From: Podarcis liolepis | Lineage: Eukaryota | Length of the DNA: 64,000 nt | NCBI GenBank assembly: GCA_965112155.1 | Contig: OZ218102.1 | Direction: 5' to 3' (one strand) | Shown here: piece by piece, positions 35,431-49,715 of the stretch | Layout of the letters: every line of letters starts with the position of its first letter | How positions within the stretch are numbered: the stretch's first letter is position 1 | Program-made: the position numbers and the translations under genes | Notes under the pieces: generated by a model | What the model was told of the DNA's origin: nothing | The model's input: only the letters and a program-made list of their open reading frames with translations | The model's database searches: none

Positions 35431-37801
35431 GTCTAGGCGCTGGAAGTAAAATGCTGTATTTGTAGACACTTTTTAGTTGTGGTGAGCTGGAAATTTGCCT
35501 TCTCTCCTTGATGCAGGGTGGCCTGGCAGACTTTACTGACAACGAAGTCCCAGTGTTTTCCCTATGCTAAAAAGGGCTTTACAAACCTGTTTATTCTCAT
35601 ATTTATTCCACACATGTGGGACAGGAGGTTTAAATTTTAATTTACAGATTTAATCCTTGGTCTATTTCCAACATCCATCACAGTGAATTTGGTGTTTCTG
35701 GCATCAGGAATGGAATATTCAGCATGAAAACTCAGACAGCAATGTGAGGGTGCAGAAGAATATTTCTACTTGAGGCTGTTTTTCGACCTGCCTGGTCTAG
35801 GCAACTTTGCTCAGGGTCCTTGGGAAAGTTAGATTTGAGTAAGCTGCCAACTGAACTTTAGATTTTTGACACCTTGTCAAGTTGCGTTTCAACTTTGGAA
35901 TCAAAGCATGGCATCTCCCTTTGAAGACTTTCCACTAAAGTTCCTTTTGCTAAGGTAGCATCATGTGATAAGAATGAGGGGTATGTGTCTGGACCTGGGC
36001 TCAGACCACTCTCTGCTTTGCATTGCACTCCCAATCTCTTGGTCATGTTGAAGTGTGACCAAGAGTCACCCAGATTTTTATCTTTCTGAAAAGTAGTCCT
36101 AGGTAATATAATCAGACCACACGTACATAGTAATGTATTCAGATTTCTTCCCTACGAAGTCTTGATCATTTAGTAGTCTGCATAACTGCTTAACAATTTA
36201 TAACAATAACTAGGGAAAAATGGTGCTTGGTCAAGTTCTTAAAACCTTGCAGTTTTCTCCCCTCCCTTGTGCACAGGGCTCTTTATACTCATTAAGGGCA
36301 CCAGAGTGCTAAGTCATTATTGTAATAAGGATATATGCTGAATAAAAAGAGCCATGCTTCAGGCCCCATAAATTACAACTGTCAGGGAGATCGTTCAAGG
36401 GATCCACAGGGCTGGGAATAATTATTTACAGCGTGCTTTATAGAGCAATTAAAAATTCCCCAAATGGTGTTAATTGCTTTTAATGTGCAGAAAGTGCTGT
36501 CTGGATTTCAAGTGAGTGCTTAGCAAAAATGTTACTCTTTAACTATTTCCTTAATGTTTGCTTTATACTCCTCCCTCAACAATTTCTGTCCCTATTCTGT
36601 AAGTCAGATCTTTAAAAATGTATTAAACATGATGCCACTCTGAGGCCGTGTTCAGATAGATTGTTGCATTCATCGGAGTACTTTGCTATTAAAAGCGAAA
36701 CAATCTAGAAGTCCAATTGGCATTACAAATGATGGGACTACAACAGGACTGGAAGGGGTGTGTGTGTGTTTAATCCCGTGGTCTAAAGTGCAAGAAGATC
36801 CACTTCACACAATTTGCAGAAGACAAGAGTTACTTTGACATCACCTACCCAGCCTCCCCCACAATCTAGGGAAGGAAATGACGTTGCATGCAAATCTGAG
36901 ATGTGACAATGTATGAAGCATTTCAGTTCTTGGGCTTCTTTTGGAAGGATGGGATATAAATCTAATAAATAAATAAATTTAAGAATTTGTGGCCAGGTCA
37001 AGTTTTAACAAGGGAAGGTAAGAGATGTCATCATGTCCATAATCTGGAATTTGCAAGAGAGCAAGCAGAACTCAGCAAAGCAATGGAAGAAATGTTATAA
37101 ATTTAATGGCCTGGGAGATTAAAAATGACTTCACCTAATATCCAAAGGACCATAATGTGGGCAACAAGCAAGCCTCTCTCTGGAGGGCATTTCATAAACA
37201 GGGCACCACCACTTAAAAGGCCCTCTCCTTTGTCACCACCCACTTCATAGCATTAGATGGAGAAAGGCCTCTGATAACAATCAAATGCCTGGGCAGGTAC
37301 AAACAGGAGAAGGCAATCCTTCAGTCAGCCTGGGCCTGAATTCTGCAGGACTTTGAAAGTTAAAACCAGCATATTGAACTGGGCGTGGAAACAGACTGGA
37401 AGCTGCATGACAAATTGCAGTAATGCATGTGGGAGGCTACGAGAGCATAGATAAACTGTAACAAGGCTGTCTCTATCCAGGTATGGTCATAGTTAGTAGG
37501 TACACAGTTCTCCAAGCCACGGAAGTCACCTGAGTTTCAAGTACCAATGCTGGATCAAGGTCTGTTGACTGTTTATGTAACATTCGAAGCCAGAAAAGAA
37601 CGTCTGAGAAAAACAGTGCACAATTTGTTAGACTGCCGAGTATTACAACTGGACAAATTAACATATCAAACTCTGTAATTTTGAACTTTAGTGACATCAC
37701 TAGAACACAGGAGAATAATGAAGAGGAGAGCATTCATATACACATGCTCCCCCCCCCCAATCATGTAAATAAAGAAAAATACTTAACTAACAGTAGAAAT
37801 A

Positions 37802-38026
37802 CAGTGGTACCTCGGGTAAAGTACTTAATTTGTTCCGGAGGTCCGTTCTTAACCTGAAACTGTTCTTAACCTGAAGCACCACTTTAGCTAATGGGGCCTC
37901 CTGCTGCTGCCGTGCTGCCGGAACACAATTTCTGTTCTCTTAACCCGAGGTACTATTTCTGGGTTAGCGGAGTCTGTAACCTGAAGTGTATGTAACCTGA
38001 AGCGTATGTAACCCGAGGTACCACTG
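37802..38026 (-). mobile_element. Tc1/mariner (Tigger-like) MITE
   Basis: Same TIRs, TA TSD, small internal deletion. Confidence 0.9.
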
Positions 38027-39548
38027 TAATCAGAATATTTGAAATTGAAATGCTCGTTGACGTCACTTGGATAAAGTTGTGGCATAATTGGCAACCCAAC
38101 TGAACAATAGGCATGGCTTCCTTGAACTGACCAATGGTGTCGCAGGTAGCTCAGTTCTGGAACAGAATCCTGACTATGCCCATGTTGATACAGGAGAAGG
38201 AATCTGAAGGAGAATCCATACATTTTCTTGAAGTGTTGTGCCAAACGCTATGACACCCAAGGGACCTCTAGTGCAGAATCCTGTTCTCACAGTGGTGAAC
38301 CGGATGCCTCTGGGAAGGCCGTAAACAGGACCTGACTACAACAGCACTCCCCCCCCCCCACTTGGGATCCAAATAAAATGTTGCTTTCTTGGGACAATCA
38401 CTTCCATGAGATTTATTTTAAAGTCAATACATTTTAATTCAAGATGATTGCAGGGTTAGAGCCCTTTCAACCTTTTCACCAATACCCCTCCAAAATAACC
38501 CCCCCCCCCAAGTTTTCTCCTCTGACTTCTGATCCATGAGGTTTTGGTTCAGGTTCCATTTTTCCTCTTCAAGATGTTCTGATGAAGACATAAACTCACA
38601 AAAATTGACTCCTCGGTTTATTGGGTGGCAGGGAGAATCCAGCACAAAGGAAAGGTCCCTGAGATGGATGAAACAGAAAACCTGTAGAGAGGGGTGTTTG
38701 GAATTATTACTATTGCTTTGCCTACGTAGGGGAAGCCATGTGATATGGAAGGATGTTTCCTGGGTTCCTGTTTAACAGATTTAAACTAAAGAGACAACTC
38801 TGCTGTGTATTGCAGGAGGTGATTCTTGAAACATGCTTATCCAGTCTTTTGCAGGAGGACAGGTAGGGTTTGTGTAGGCCTTCATGACAGGCACCTTTTA
38901 TCTTCCATTGTTAAAGAAATGTTTATAGTTTGTTCATTACAGTTTGTTCTTCAGAATCTCTTTGTCGCTCTTTGTTTCTGCTGTCAATACTGGTGTGCTG
39001 AAAGGATGGATGAAACAAATTGCACATATTCAGACCTCCAAACTAAATCCACGCATGCATCTCTCCCAAAACACAATTCTCCTTCCAGGTTCTTTATTAG
39101 ATTAGGAACAATTCAGTATTGGTATTAGCAAAAAATCCTACATTCCGTTGTGCCCAAATCTGGGGATTAAATGCTTATAAACCCAGGAATTAAGAGAGGG
39201 GGAAACTTTCTATTTGCTGAGGAACCGGCAGAGACCCAGTGTAGGCTGGTATGCTGGCTCTGGTGCCTCCTAGACAGAGGTGCCCTGGCCACAGTTCTCT
39301 CTGCCCTGGTAACGTAACATCCAGATTGGGTTGAGACATGTTGCACATGCGGCAAGCCTTTAAAAGCTACCCAGAAGCAGCAATTGATACAGATTTGGTA
39401 GCAGCATTATTGACTAACTAGCCATGTATAGCAGTATCAAAAGACACCACTGGCTTCCTGTGTTTTCCACAAGACCTGAAGGGTAGAAATACAAACAGAA
39501 CTACTAAATCAGTCAGATTGACTGAATCACTGTCTAGTATGGGATCTA

Positions 39549-39766
39549 CAGTAGTACCTTGGGTTACAGACACTTCAGGTTACAGACTCCGCTAACCCAG
39601 AAATAGTACCTTGGGTTAAGAACTTTGCTTCAGGATGAGAACAGAAATCGTGCTGCGGAGGCAGTGGGAGGCCCCATTAGCTAAAGTGGTGCTTCAGGTT
39701 AAGAACAGTTTCAGGTTAAGAATGGACCTCCAGAACAAATTAAGTTCTTAACCCGAGGTACCACTG
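39549..39766 (+). mobile_element. Tc1/mariner (Tigger-like) MITE
   Basis: Same TIRs (slightly decayed), TA TSD. Confidence 0.88.
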
Positions 39767-39861
39767 TAATATTGTGTGTGTTCTGAAGCTGCATTGAACT
39801 CGGACTCCCTAGCTTTCTGCCACTTATAGCCTTGGTGCAGTGGTGAAGCTACCTGCTCTGG

Positions 39862-40093
39862 CACTGGGAGCGGGTTACATCCGGGGGCATGGCTGGCACG
39901 TGTCCTTGGGGGCCTAGTGCACAGCCCAAGTATGTGTGTGGGGTGCCGTGTGTCGGGGGATCATGCCAAGTGGTGCACATCCCAGGGTGTGTGCGCTGAG
40001 CATCCCAGGGGCAGGGGCAACTGCGGTGTCACACACACACCCCGGGATGCCACCCAGGATGGACCGCTCCGCCCCCACTTTCATCCGCCAGTG
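39862..40093. mobile_element. GC-rich hAT-like MITE
   Basis: Ends CACTGGGAGCGG / CCGCCAGTG; internal repeated CATCCCAGGG motifs. Confidence 0.45.
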
Positions 40094-43000
40094 CCTTGAT
40101 GAGTATATTTGCTTTATGGCACTCCTTTTCTGCATAATGCTTTATAATGTGGAAACAATTAGCTCATCTCACACTACAGCATGTGAGAAAGGGAGGCAGT
40201 GGAGGAGAGGAAGCACAGAGGGAAGGGAAGAGTGAGTCTCCTACTTGGGATCTAATATATGGTCTTTTATAAAACCCAGGTCCTGACTGGAATATGCTAA
40301 TTGTATACAGGAAGTGGGAGCAATATGTCTGGGAGTTGGGTGATGAATGGACTTAGCAGGCAATTGTCTTATGTGCAGGGGTGCCATACTTCCAGTTTCC
40401 CCCCAGATACATCTGGGAATTGGGCTGCAAAAATGGCATCTGGGAGCCCTTTAGCTCAATTGGCAAAATGTCTGGGGAAACCGGATGTATGGCAAGTAGG
40501 GTGGGATTGTTGTTTTTTAATGCTTTGAATGCTTTATTTTTGGGGGGAGATGTTCCCCCCAAAAGCTCAATAACTTTGCCCAAGGAAAAGGTAAAGCTCA
40601 ACAAGTTTGTTTTCACTTTGGGGGATATGGCAAAATGAAAACATTTTAAAAGGCTCTTTGGATGCCTTCAGGCAGAGAGGTGATCCATAAATATCATTCA
40701 AAATACACCAATGATTTTGTGGAATGAGCTGTTGAATGGGATCCTGGGACCCAGTAAAAGTTGCAAAAGCATAAATCACTTTTCAGTCTCCTTTATTTTA
40801 CTGGATGATATCTGCATATGTTTCATTTTCTCTCATGGGACATAATAGGACTTCACTTTGAGCAAGCTGTCCTGTGTATGATTACTGAAAATTCAAATAC
40901 TGGGTTGTAACAAACTTCGTTAGGCTCATTAATTTAAATGGGTCTCCTCTGAGTAGAACATTTGATTTAAGCCACAGGGAATAAAAAGAAACATGCACCC
41001 CCCCAACCCCAAACCAACCTTGCAACAGTGACTATAAAGCAGAGAAGCAATAATTCACAATTAAAGTTGGGGAATTCAGGCATTGTCTCCCCACAACCAG
41101 CCCATGGGGGTGATGTTAGGATAGCTTTCCTTTTCTGTATGGCAGCCCTGTGGTCCAGAACAGCTCCTGTAAAACAATCACTGGCTGATTTTGAATATGG
41201 CTGCACTTTCCACATATCTCCTCCCACCCACCTTATATATTAAGTATGTATGTATGTGCATGAGTGTGGTACTAGCAGTTCAAGGAGACTTGTTTGCCTG
41301 TGGCTTCATTAGCATTTTTTGGAAATAAATTGTCCCTACTTTGCAACGTTCTTCGTCTGTAATGGATAAGTCATGGAGAGGCCTTTCAGGGCTGCCTTAA
41401 TCAAACTGACAGATTTCTCTCCAGTGACTTTATTAATCCAGATTGAAGGAGGGACTCTAAACACCCCCTCAGGAGCTCAAGGGTGGGGGCTGGGAAAGAA
41501 ACGAGGTTCTTGTCGGTTGATGGACTTCCGAGAGAGCTTGGTAGGAACTAATAAATAAACAGGAGCATTGAAAATGGATGGCTTGCTGTTTGCAACAGGC
41601 GCACTCTCAAGGAAGGCAAACTGCTGACGTGAGGCTCCGCCAACCCAACCCAATGCCTTCTCATTTAATAAAAGCAACAAGGCACAGTAATTACTAGAGT
41701 TTCAAATATCTGCCACATTCTGGAAGGCCTTATTGGCCTTTGGCTTTCTTATGCTCAAATCCCCAATTATTGCAGATTTCTCCTTGCTCAAAATTTAATG
41801 GAAATAGAGTATTGGTTGGTGGTTTGTAATCTAATGCTGGGTGGAATTGACCCACTTGCCAGAGGGAGTGGATGTAATTCGTATTTCCCAGCGGCAGATT
41901 ACTTGCTGCTGCTAATGTTTCCCATCTATTTGAAAATCTGAGCTGCCCCTATATGTACATAGCTGCCATTAAAGGCGTCAAAGGGAGCCTACATTACGAC
42001 TTAATACATGCTAAAAAGTTTTTTCCCCCCCAGAGTAAACTTGTGTCTGATAAGCACACTCCAATTTTACTATAGGAAATGAAGAGCTAATGACCTCCAC
42101 TGCAGAGTAGGCCTATCCAATTAAAGAATGGAACATTTGTCCTTGTTCTGGCCATGCAACTGCTGTTGTTTAGCTAATTGCTGGAGATGCTTGTTAAGAG
42201 CATCCCCATCACCTCCCTTGCCTTTATTTTGCCAGGTCCAAGGAAAGTTGGAAATGTTAGGTGATCACAGTGAGAGCTCCGCTGGCTGTACATCAGTCTA
42301 AAGAGAAAGGCAAGGAAGTGGTATGGCTTGGTTGTTTCAACCCAAGGAAAATGGTAGTATCTACAGAACGTTATTTGGCAGCTTTTTGTGTGCTATACAC
42401 ATCTAGAGAACTTTTATGGGCACTCCTGATCAAATGGTTGCTGTGACGGAGCCTATTCTTATTCATGGTCCCAGAATTATGCCAACTGGCTTTGTTGCAC
42501 ATTTTGAATTCACAGATGATTAGCTCTCTTGACAATTGTGTGGTGTCACTCTAAGGTTGAATATGATGTAGACATCACCGGATCAATATGGTACTGTGTT
42601 TGCTTGACTGGCCCTAGATTTAGGGACATGCAAAGGCAGTAATTAAGATGGGAAAATCAAACTATATAGTGTATATAATGTTGTGTTTCAGACTTAGTCA
42701 AAATCTACACAGACAAGAGTTTGTTTTTTTGGCTATGCTAGCCAACAAGGCCAACCTTCCCACTCATTTTTGTTGACTGCTTACACTGAGGGTTTACCAC
42801 TTGACAAGGGTTTCATATTGGCAGCGGACTTGATGGAAATATAGAACACTAAGTGATATAGACCTTGCACAAAGATCTAACCATTTACGCAAGAATATCA
42901 AGATGGATGTATCAGAGGGAAGGGATGGGGTAGGCCAAGCTGGAGGTAAGGGAAGTGGAAATATTTGCTGTAAATAAGTGAAAGCAGAGGATAAGCTGAA

Positions 43001-43168
43001 ATGAGGGAGTGGAAACAACTTAATAAATAGGGTGAGTGGCAGAGGAATGGGAGTCAGATGTTAGAGAGGGATGACGGGCTATCAGTAAGCTGCCACACAG
43101 GGGAGCAACTTGTGAAGTGGGGAAGCCAAGGGGGGCTATTCAAAGCTAGAGAGGTGGAGAGTTTTAAA

Positions 43169-43517
43169 GGTAAAGGTAAAGGGACCCCTGACCCCCACCA
43201 GCCGTGACCGACTCTGGGGTTGCGGAGTCATCTCGCTTTACTGGCTGAGGGAGCCGGCGTACAGCTTCTGGGTCATGTGGCCAGCATGACTAAGCCGCTT
43301 TTGGCAAACCAGAGCAGCGCACGGAAACGCCGTTTACCTTCCCATTGGAGCGGTACCTATTTATCTACTTGCACTTTGACGTGCTTTCAAACTGCTAGGT
43401 TAGCAGGAGCAGGGACCGAGCAACGGGAGCTCACCCCTTTGCAGGATTCAAACCGCCGACCTTCTGATCGGCAAGTCCTAGGCTCTGTGGTTTAACCCAC
43501 AGTGCCACCCGCGTCCC
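43169..43517 (-). mobile_element. Sauria SINE, full length
   Basis: (GGTAAA)n tail on + strand; 14-bp TSD TGGAGAGTTTTAAA (43155-43168 / 43518-43531). Confidence 0.9.
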
Positions 43518-46500
43518 TGGAGAGTTTTAAAAGCAATGGTTAAAAGCTAGAAGTCGATGGATGCAGAGCACGATAGGGAGCTACAGTAAAATCTTAGGAT
43601 GAGGTGGAAGGCTGAGTACTTAAGACGAGTGCAGGTGGATAAGATCATCTAATCCAGCATCCTGTTATCCCAGTGGCCAGCTGGAGAACAGGGTGTTGGA
43701 CCTTTGGTCTGATCTAACAGGGCCCTTCTTAACCTCACTCCTCTTCCCATTCCTCTGCTGTGCTGCCTTCTATCCGTATTCAAAGACATTTTCAATTGAC
43801 TGGGAAAGGAATAAGTGGTAGTAGTAGGGAAAGCCAACAAGAAGTAATAATCAGGATGATGTTTAATGCATATTAATCCCCTTGTATAGCTATATTTATA
43901 TTGTGCTGTTAAATCTCCTTGAAGTTAATGGGGACTCTGCTCACTGGTTGGATCACCTCCAGATTAAGCAAGTTAAACAAGACTTAATTTAACATATATA
44001 TTTTTAATGTTGAATGGTGCAAAATCAACTGTGTGATTAATCTCATGGGAAGTTGTAATGGCAAGAACAAAGACAATGTAATCTATGTCAAGGGGAAGAT
44101 TGGTCACAACAGCGCATGCAGGCAAAACCAATTGGAGCTCATCCACACAACTAGCCCAAACTGGTTTAATAGTCATTCCCTCTGCCAGGAAGTCCTGGGA
44201 ATTGTAGATCTTTGTGCAGCTGAGCCAAAAGTACTCCCTGTGTTTAGTGAACATTGTTAGAAAAATCAAGAAGATCCCCTCCCTTTATGGTTTCTTTTTC
44301 TGGCTGTTCCAGAATGATCGCCTCTTGGATGGAATTAACTTCATTTGCCTTTAGTGATGTAATAATGTAGCTGAATCTGATTGGAAGCATAGTATAATGC
44401 TACCACTATATTAACTTTGTTAGGATCAACATGTGTCTAAACCAGAAAACATTGCCTTCTCCCTGAATTATATTTACTTCATTATACAAGTATTTATAAA
44501 TTGCCTTTGGAAGGTTGTATATATTTAGTTGGTGGACTGCGTTAAACCTGCCTTTTATATGGATTAATGTGGTGTGTGTTGTTTTTTTTTTTAAATGATT
44601 TGGTTTTCATATTTGTACTACTGTACTTTGTAAGTCACTTTTGATTACCTTTTGTAAAGAAAAACTACTAATAAGTGCAATTAATAACAATTATAATAAT
44701 CTCATTAACATATTTTGATGTGGAGCAATAAAATAATTAAAACATCATAAAACTGTGAAATACAGAGAAAATGACCACCACTAAATCAAATCAAATTGAA
44801 TTGAATTTACTCATTTGTTTGTTTGTTTGTTTGTATATTTATTACAAATATTTATAACTCTGCAAGGCAATTCAGAATCAATCTGCAATGAGCTTTTGCT
44901 TTTTGAAATGTAACCAGTTTCTCAAGAAGCACTTTACAGGAGTAAAACATATGCAATAGATCTAGACTGTGTGTGGACTACATGGGGGGGGGGAGAGAGA
45001 ACTCAGTCTCCATTGATTTCAAAATAAAATGTCGTGTGTACAGTCCCTGGTTGCTTTGCTCAGCTGTTCAGGGCACTGCCTAATGTTAGTCCCCTTGGCT
45101 ATTAACTTGGACCTGCATTTCTGTAATAATATCTTTTTTCCAAAAGAGTTAACCTAGACCATCCTGCTAGGCCTTGGAATGGTCACAAGGCACTCATAAG
45201 AAGAATCACAAATCCCCATCTCAGCCATAATAGCTCTCAAGTTATGCTGGGCTTGTATTTGTACCAGTGATCTGCCAGCGTGAAGCTTTACATAGTATTC
45301 CCCAGCCTACTGCCAGAGAAATCCAGTTATCCATCACAGCTATTTTTATGGACAGGCAGAGGGGAACTTTGACAACCACTCACTGCTGTTATCAACAGGT
45401 GTATATGGTTATTAAAGAGACTTCAGATACAGCCAGGCTTAGCAGGGTGGGAATGGACGAGGCTTTGGAGATGAACTTCAGCAAGCATTGTGCCAGCATC
45501 AATTTGCACAGATAGAGCCATAGCTGGACTTTTAATGGTTGCTTAAATCCCCTCTTCCCATGTCGCCTGCTAAAAATAAACAGCTTAGCCATGAAACACC
45601 AGCAGAACAGTTGGAATAAATACTTAATTCTACAATCCTAAGCATTCAGACTTGGGAATGTCCCATTAAACTCAGGGGGGCTGACTTCTGACTGAAGCAA
45701 ACATTGATAGGATCACACAGTTAGTTCTCCTTAAATTTTTTGATGTGTGAATTACACAAGTGCAGCACTGTAAACAAAACCCAGAAGGAAGCTCAAAGGA
45801 CTGTATAGTATTTTTAAAAATCATGCAGTGTCCCTTTCCCTTACTTACAAAGTTAGACAGACACACACCATATCATATCTGTATTATTTCAGGAGGCCTT
45901 TTCACCTTGAATGCTTCTCAAATGCCCTCCATTTTGTAAATACATATATTTATATAGATAGGATTTTAAATTCTTGAAGAAAAAAATAAAAAAATGGAAA
46001 CATAAATAATGTTTTTCTTGTATATTTTATTCTAAGCAGCTTTGGGACTTACATGGCAAAAAGTGGGATATAAATTTTTAAATAAATATAAACAAACAAA
46101 CAAACAGTGTATTACAGTGACCTTATTTGCACTGACAGGATTTGCCGTGGCAGCTTGTGACACTTAAGTCAATTTTCTACCTCCTCAGTAGTATGATACA
46201 TGTTAGATATTACTGCTATTCTGTTTTTGTTTGTTTCATTGCAATTACGATTATTTGATTTCTTTGTTCTCCATTATGATTCATGGGTGAAACAATAACC
46301 ACCAATCAGCACAAGCAGGGCAACTTATACAACAGGTATATTTTGTATACATAAAACATAATACATGCTGTCTTGAGCTCCTATGAGGAAAGGCAACTTA
46401 TAAGCAGAGTCTTATTTTTATTGGGCAGCAAAGCAGCCTCTGGAGGCTGAGGTTTTCAGTGGTGGAGCATCTGGGGAGGGGCTACTTAACCCTTTCCCTT

Positions 46501-49203
46501 CCAGATACTTTTCTATTTAAAAATGCTCCCTCCCTAAGCTGCTTTTCCTTGTTTGTGGTGTGGGAGCGGGGGGGGGGGGAGAGAGATGTGGTGCATTCAG
46601 CTGTATCGTTTTCTTTGTGTGGTGATCAGCAGCTTTGAGGTGGGGTTTCGAGTTTTAAGACAATGTTTTGGGTTAAAGGGTTAAATAATCCTCCATAGGC
46701 TATTTTTATTGTTCTTTTTTAATTTAATGGTGCTGCATGGAACATCTATTTTGGCCCTAAGAAACATTGTAAACAACATCCTCTTCCTGTACCCCAAATC
46801 CGAAGATACAGTATAAATAATAATACGTAAATGATCTGCTGGAAGTGTAGCCATTATAAACCAATCAGTATGCTGTTTGGTTCTGAGCCAATCTAAAGAG
46901 CTCTGTACTCAAAACGAAACAATTGTGTTATTAGGGCAGGTCAATCACATTGGCATAAAGTTGTCAACAATCATGTTAGTTTTCCTTCCATGATCGGAGT
47001 GACTGAATCCCAAGCCCTCATTCCAAAAGCGCACTCAATGGGTTTCGGAGTTCCACCGTCAGCTGATCTCTAGTTATATAGTGGGCCTAAAGAATTATAT
47101 TCAGCTTAACAATACAAAAGCAGAAGGGGGAAGGAAAAGATACGAGGATCTCTGTATAAACACCTTAATGCAGATGTGAACTTGCAACCTTCACATGTTT
47201 GTCATGTACAAGAGTTTCAAGTCTGCCCAAATCTGGTCAGATCCAGGGCCAGCTCAAGAGCCAGGAAGCCAATAAGCTGGCAGATGCTCCGATGCCAACC
47301 TTTTATCCCACTTTTCCTCCCATTTGGAGATCACAAGTGGTTGACAAACTCAGGAATGGTGATGATGCATCAGAGGGAGAAAAGGGAAGCTGGTCTATTC
47401 CTCCCGCTTTGCTGAGACCAGCTGCTCATGGTTTTTCTCCTTCATCTGTCAGCCAACAGCATCGATTCCATCAGGCTACCTGAGCTCTTTCCATCCCAGC
47501 TGGCCATTGTAAAAACTGATGCTGAAGTTTGCTCTTTTCCACCCCCACCCCTCAGCTGAATCTCTTTAACCTTTTGTAATTTTCAAATGAAGGCCTTTAT
47601 ACAATTTTAATAAATAAAACAAATAATAAACCTGAGGACAGGGACTGCCTTTTTTATTGATTAGTAAGTTGTTCTGGGACACTTTTTGCCAAAGAGTGGG
47701 GTTCTTAAAATGCTTTAAATAACAAACTGAGCATTGAAACCATGTTGAGCAGAGCAACCTAAACCAGGGTTTACTCAGAGGTTAGTTCCCTTGTGTTCAA
47801 TGGATCTTACTCTTGAGTAAACATGTTTGCAGCCATGTAGGATGTTTCTAAGCATGCTAAATGGAACTTACCCCCAGGTAAGTGTGCATGGGATTGTTAA
47901 GCATGTTATAATAATACTTACCATTGGTACAATGCTTTCAGATATTTAAAGTGTTTCACATGCATTATTCATTGTAATCTTCATAAGAACCCTGCAAAGC
48001 AGTATTTGCCAACGTGATGCCCTCTAGATGTTTTGGACTACAACTCCCATCAGCCTCCATCAGCATGGCTAATGATAAGAGATGGTTCAAACTGTAGTCC
48101 AAAACTTATAGAGTTGGAGAAATAAGTCAATGCTACTATCACCTTATACTGCAATCTATGAAGCGCTAAGCCTACTTGTGAGCATTATGCCTTTGTACAG
48201 TAATAACAGGTAGGAGACACCAAGTACAACTCAGGAGGTTGAATTCTGCATCTTCCATGAACCATAGGCAAGCTGCTTCTCTCTCTGCCTCAGACCCATC
48301 TGCAATATAGGAGATAATAAACACTATAATCTTACAGGGTTGTTGTAAGGATTGCAACTAAATAATGGATGTGAAGTGCTCTGAACACTTGAAAGCAACA
48401 CATCTGTATTAAGTAATACTATTATTAGCTCTCCATGAAATGTACTTCCATTTCCTGGTTTGTTTGTTTGTTTTTTGTACCTAAGAAACTGTTCACAAGG
48501 CGGATGGATATCAGAGAGAAGAGGGACGGCATCTGCATTGTTCCGGCAAGTCTCTTCACCCACCCCCTGGTCCAGATGCATACAATTGACTAGGTGGAGA
48601 AGAAGGGGAATGCACATCCCATTGAAAGTAAGCTGGACTTGCCTTTGAATTTGGATGCAGTCCCTCCTCACATACTTTGAAGTGGAATCTTATTCAGATA
48701 TGCATCTTGCATGTACCCACCCCAGTGATAACATAACTACAGGGGACCAGAAATGGATCGAGGCTCTTTTACACTGCTGGGATGGCACACACTATACAAT
48801 GACACAGAAAGGGGCCTTCTGTACAAAGGAGGGACCTTGCTTGTGGCATGCTCTCCCTTTGGAAACACACTTGGTTGCTGACACTTCTGTCATTTCAGCA
48901 GCATGTAAAGACCCACCTGCTGCTCAGGCATCTAGAGTATCTTAGAGTATGACCGAGAGTGAGTAGGCCACCTTGCACCTTTAAGCAGCATTTTTCATTT
49001 CAATGAGTTCTTTCAAGGTTCCCTTACATTGATTTATACTTTATTGTTTTCAGCTGATTTCATTTATTCAGTGTATTTTTAATGTGTGTGCTGCACCTTG
49101 ACCTGAGATCTATTATGACGATGAAGGGTGGGCTAAAAAATATCCTTAAAAAATAAATAAGACTCAAAAATTGTCCTGCAGGGGTCCCTGGCCACTAACT
49201 AAC

Positions 49204-49450
49204 CAGCCAGCATGGTGTAGTGGCTAAGAGTGGTAGTCTTGTAATCTGGTGAACCGGGTTCGCGTCTCTGCTCCTCCACATGCAGCTGCTGGGTGACCTT
49301 GGGCTAGTCACACTTCTTTGAAGTCTCTCAGCCCCACTCACCTCACAGAGTGTTTATTGTGGGGGAGGAAGGGAAAGGAGATTGTTAGCAGCTTTGAGAT
49401 TCCTTAGGGTAGTGATTAAGTGGGATATCAAATCCAAACTACTCCTCCTC
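49204..49450 (+). mobile_element. tRNA-derived SINE (Squam3-like)
   Basis: A box TGGTGTAGTGG, B box GGTTCGCGTCT, CORE-like GTGACCTTGGGCTAGTCAC, (CTC)n tail. Confidence 0.75.
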
Positions 49451-49715
49451 CATGGCTAGACAAAGCAAGTACACCTGTCCTTGCCTGGGCAAGTGGGAAT
49501 GGAGGTCTTTGTTTGCCCAGCATATCAGGGTTATGAATAGACATTAATTCAAAATGCAGTGTATCCATTTCTTTAGTATGTTGATACTCTAGGCTTTCCA
49601 TAAAAATGCCCAAAACAAAAAAATCCACATGAAAAAAGTGACCAATGGAAACCCATTTCAAAGTGCACCAGAAACTGAACTTCACTAAAGTGCCTCGCAT
49701 GAGAACATGCACACA

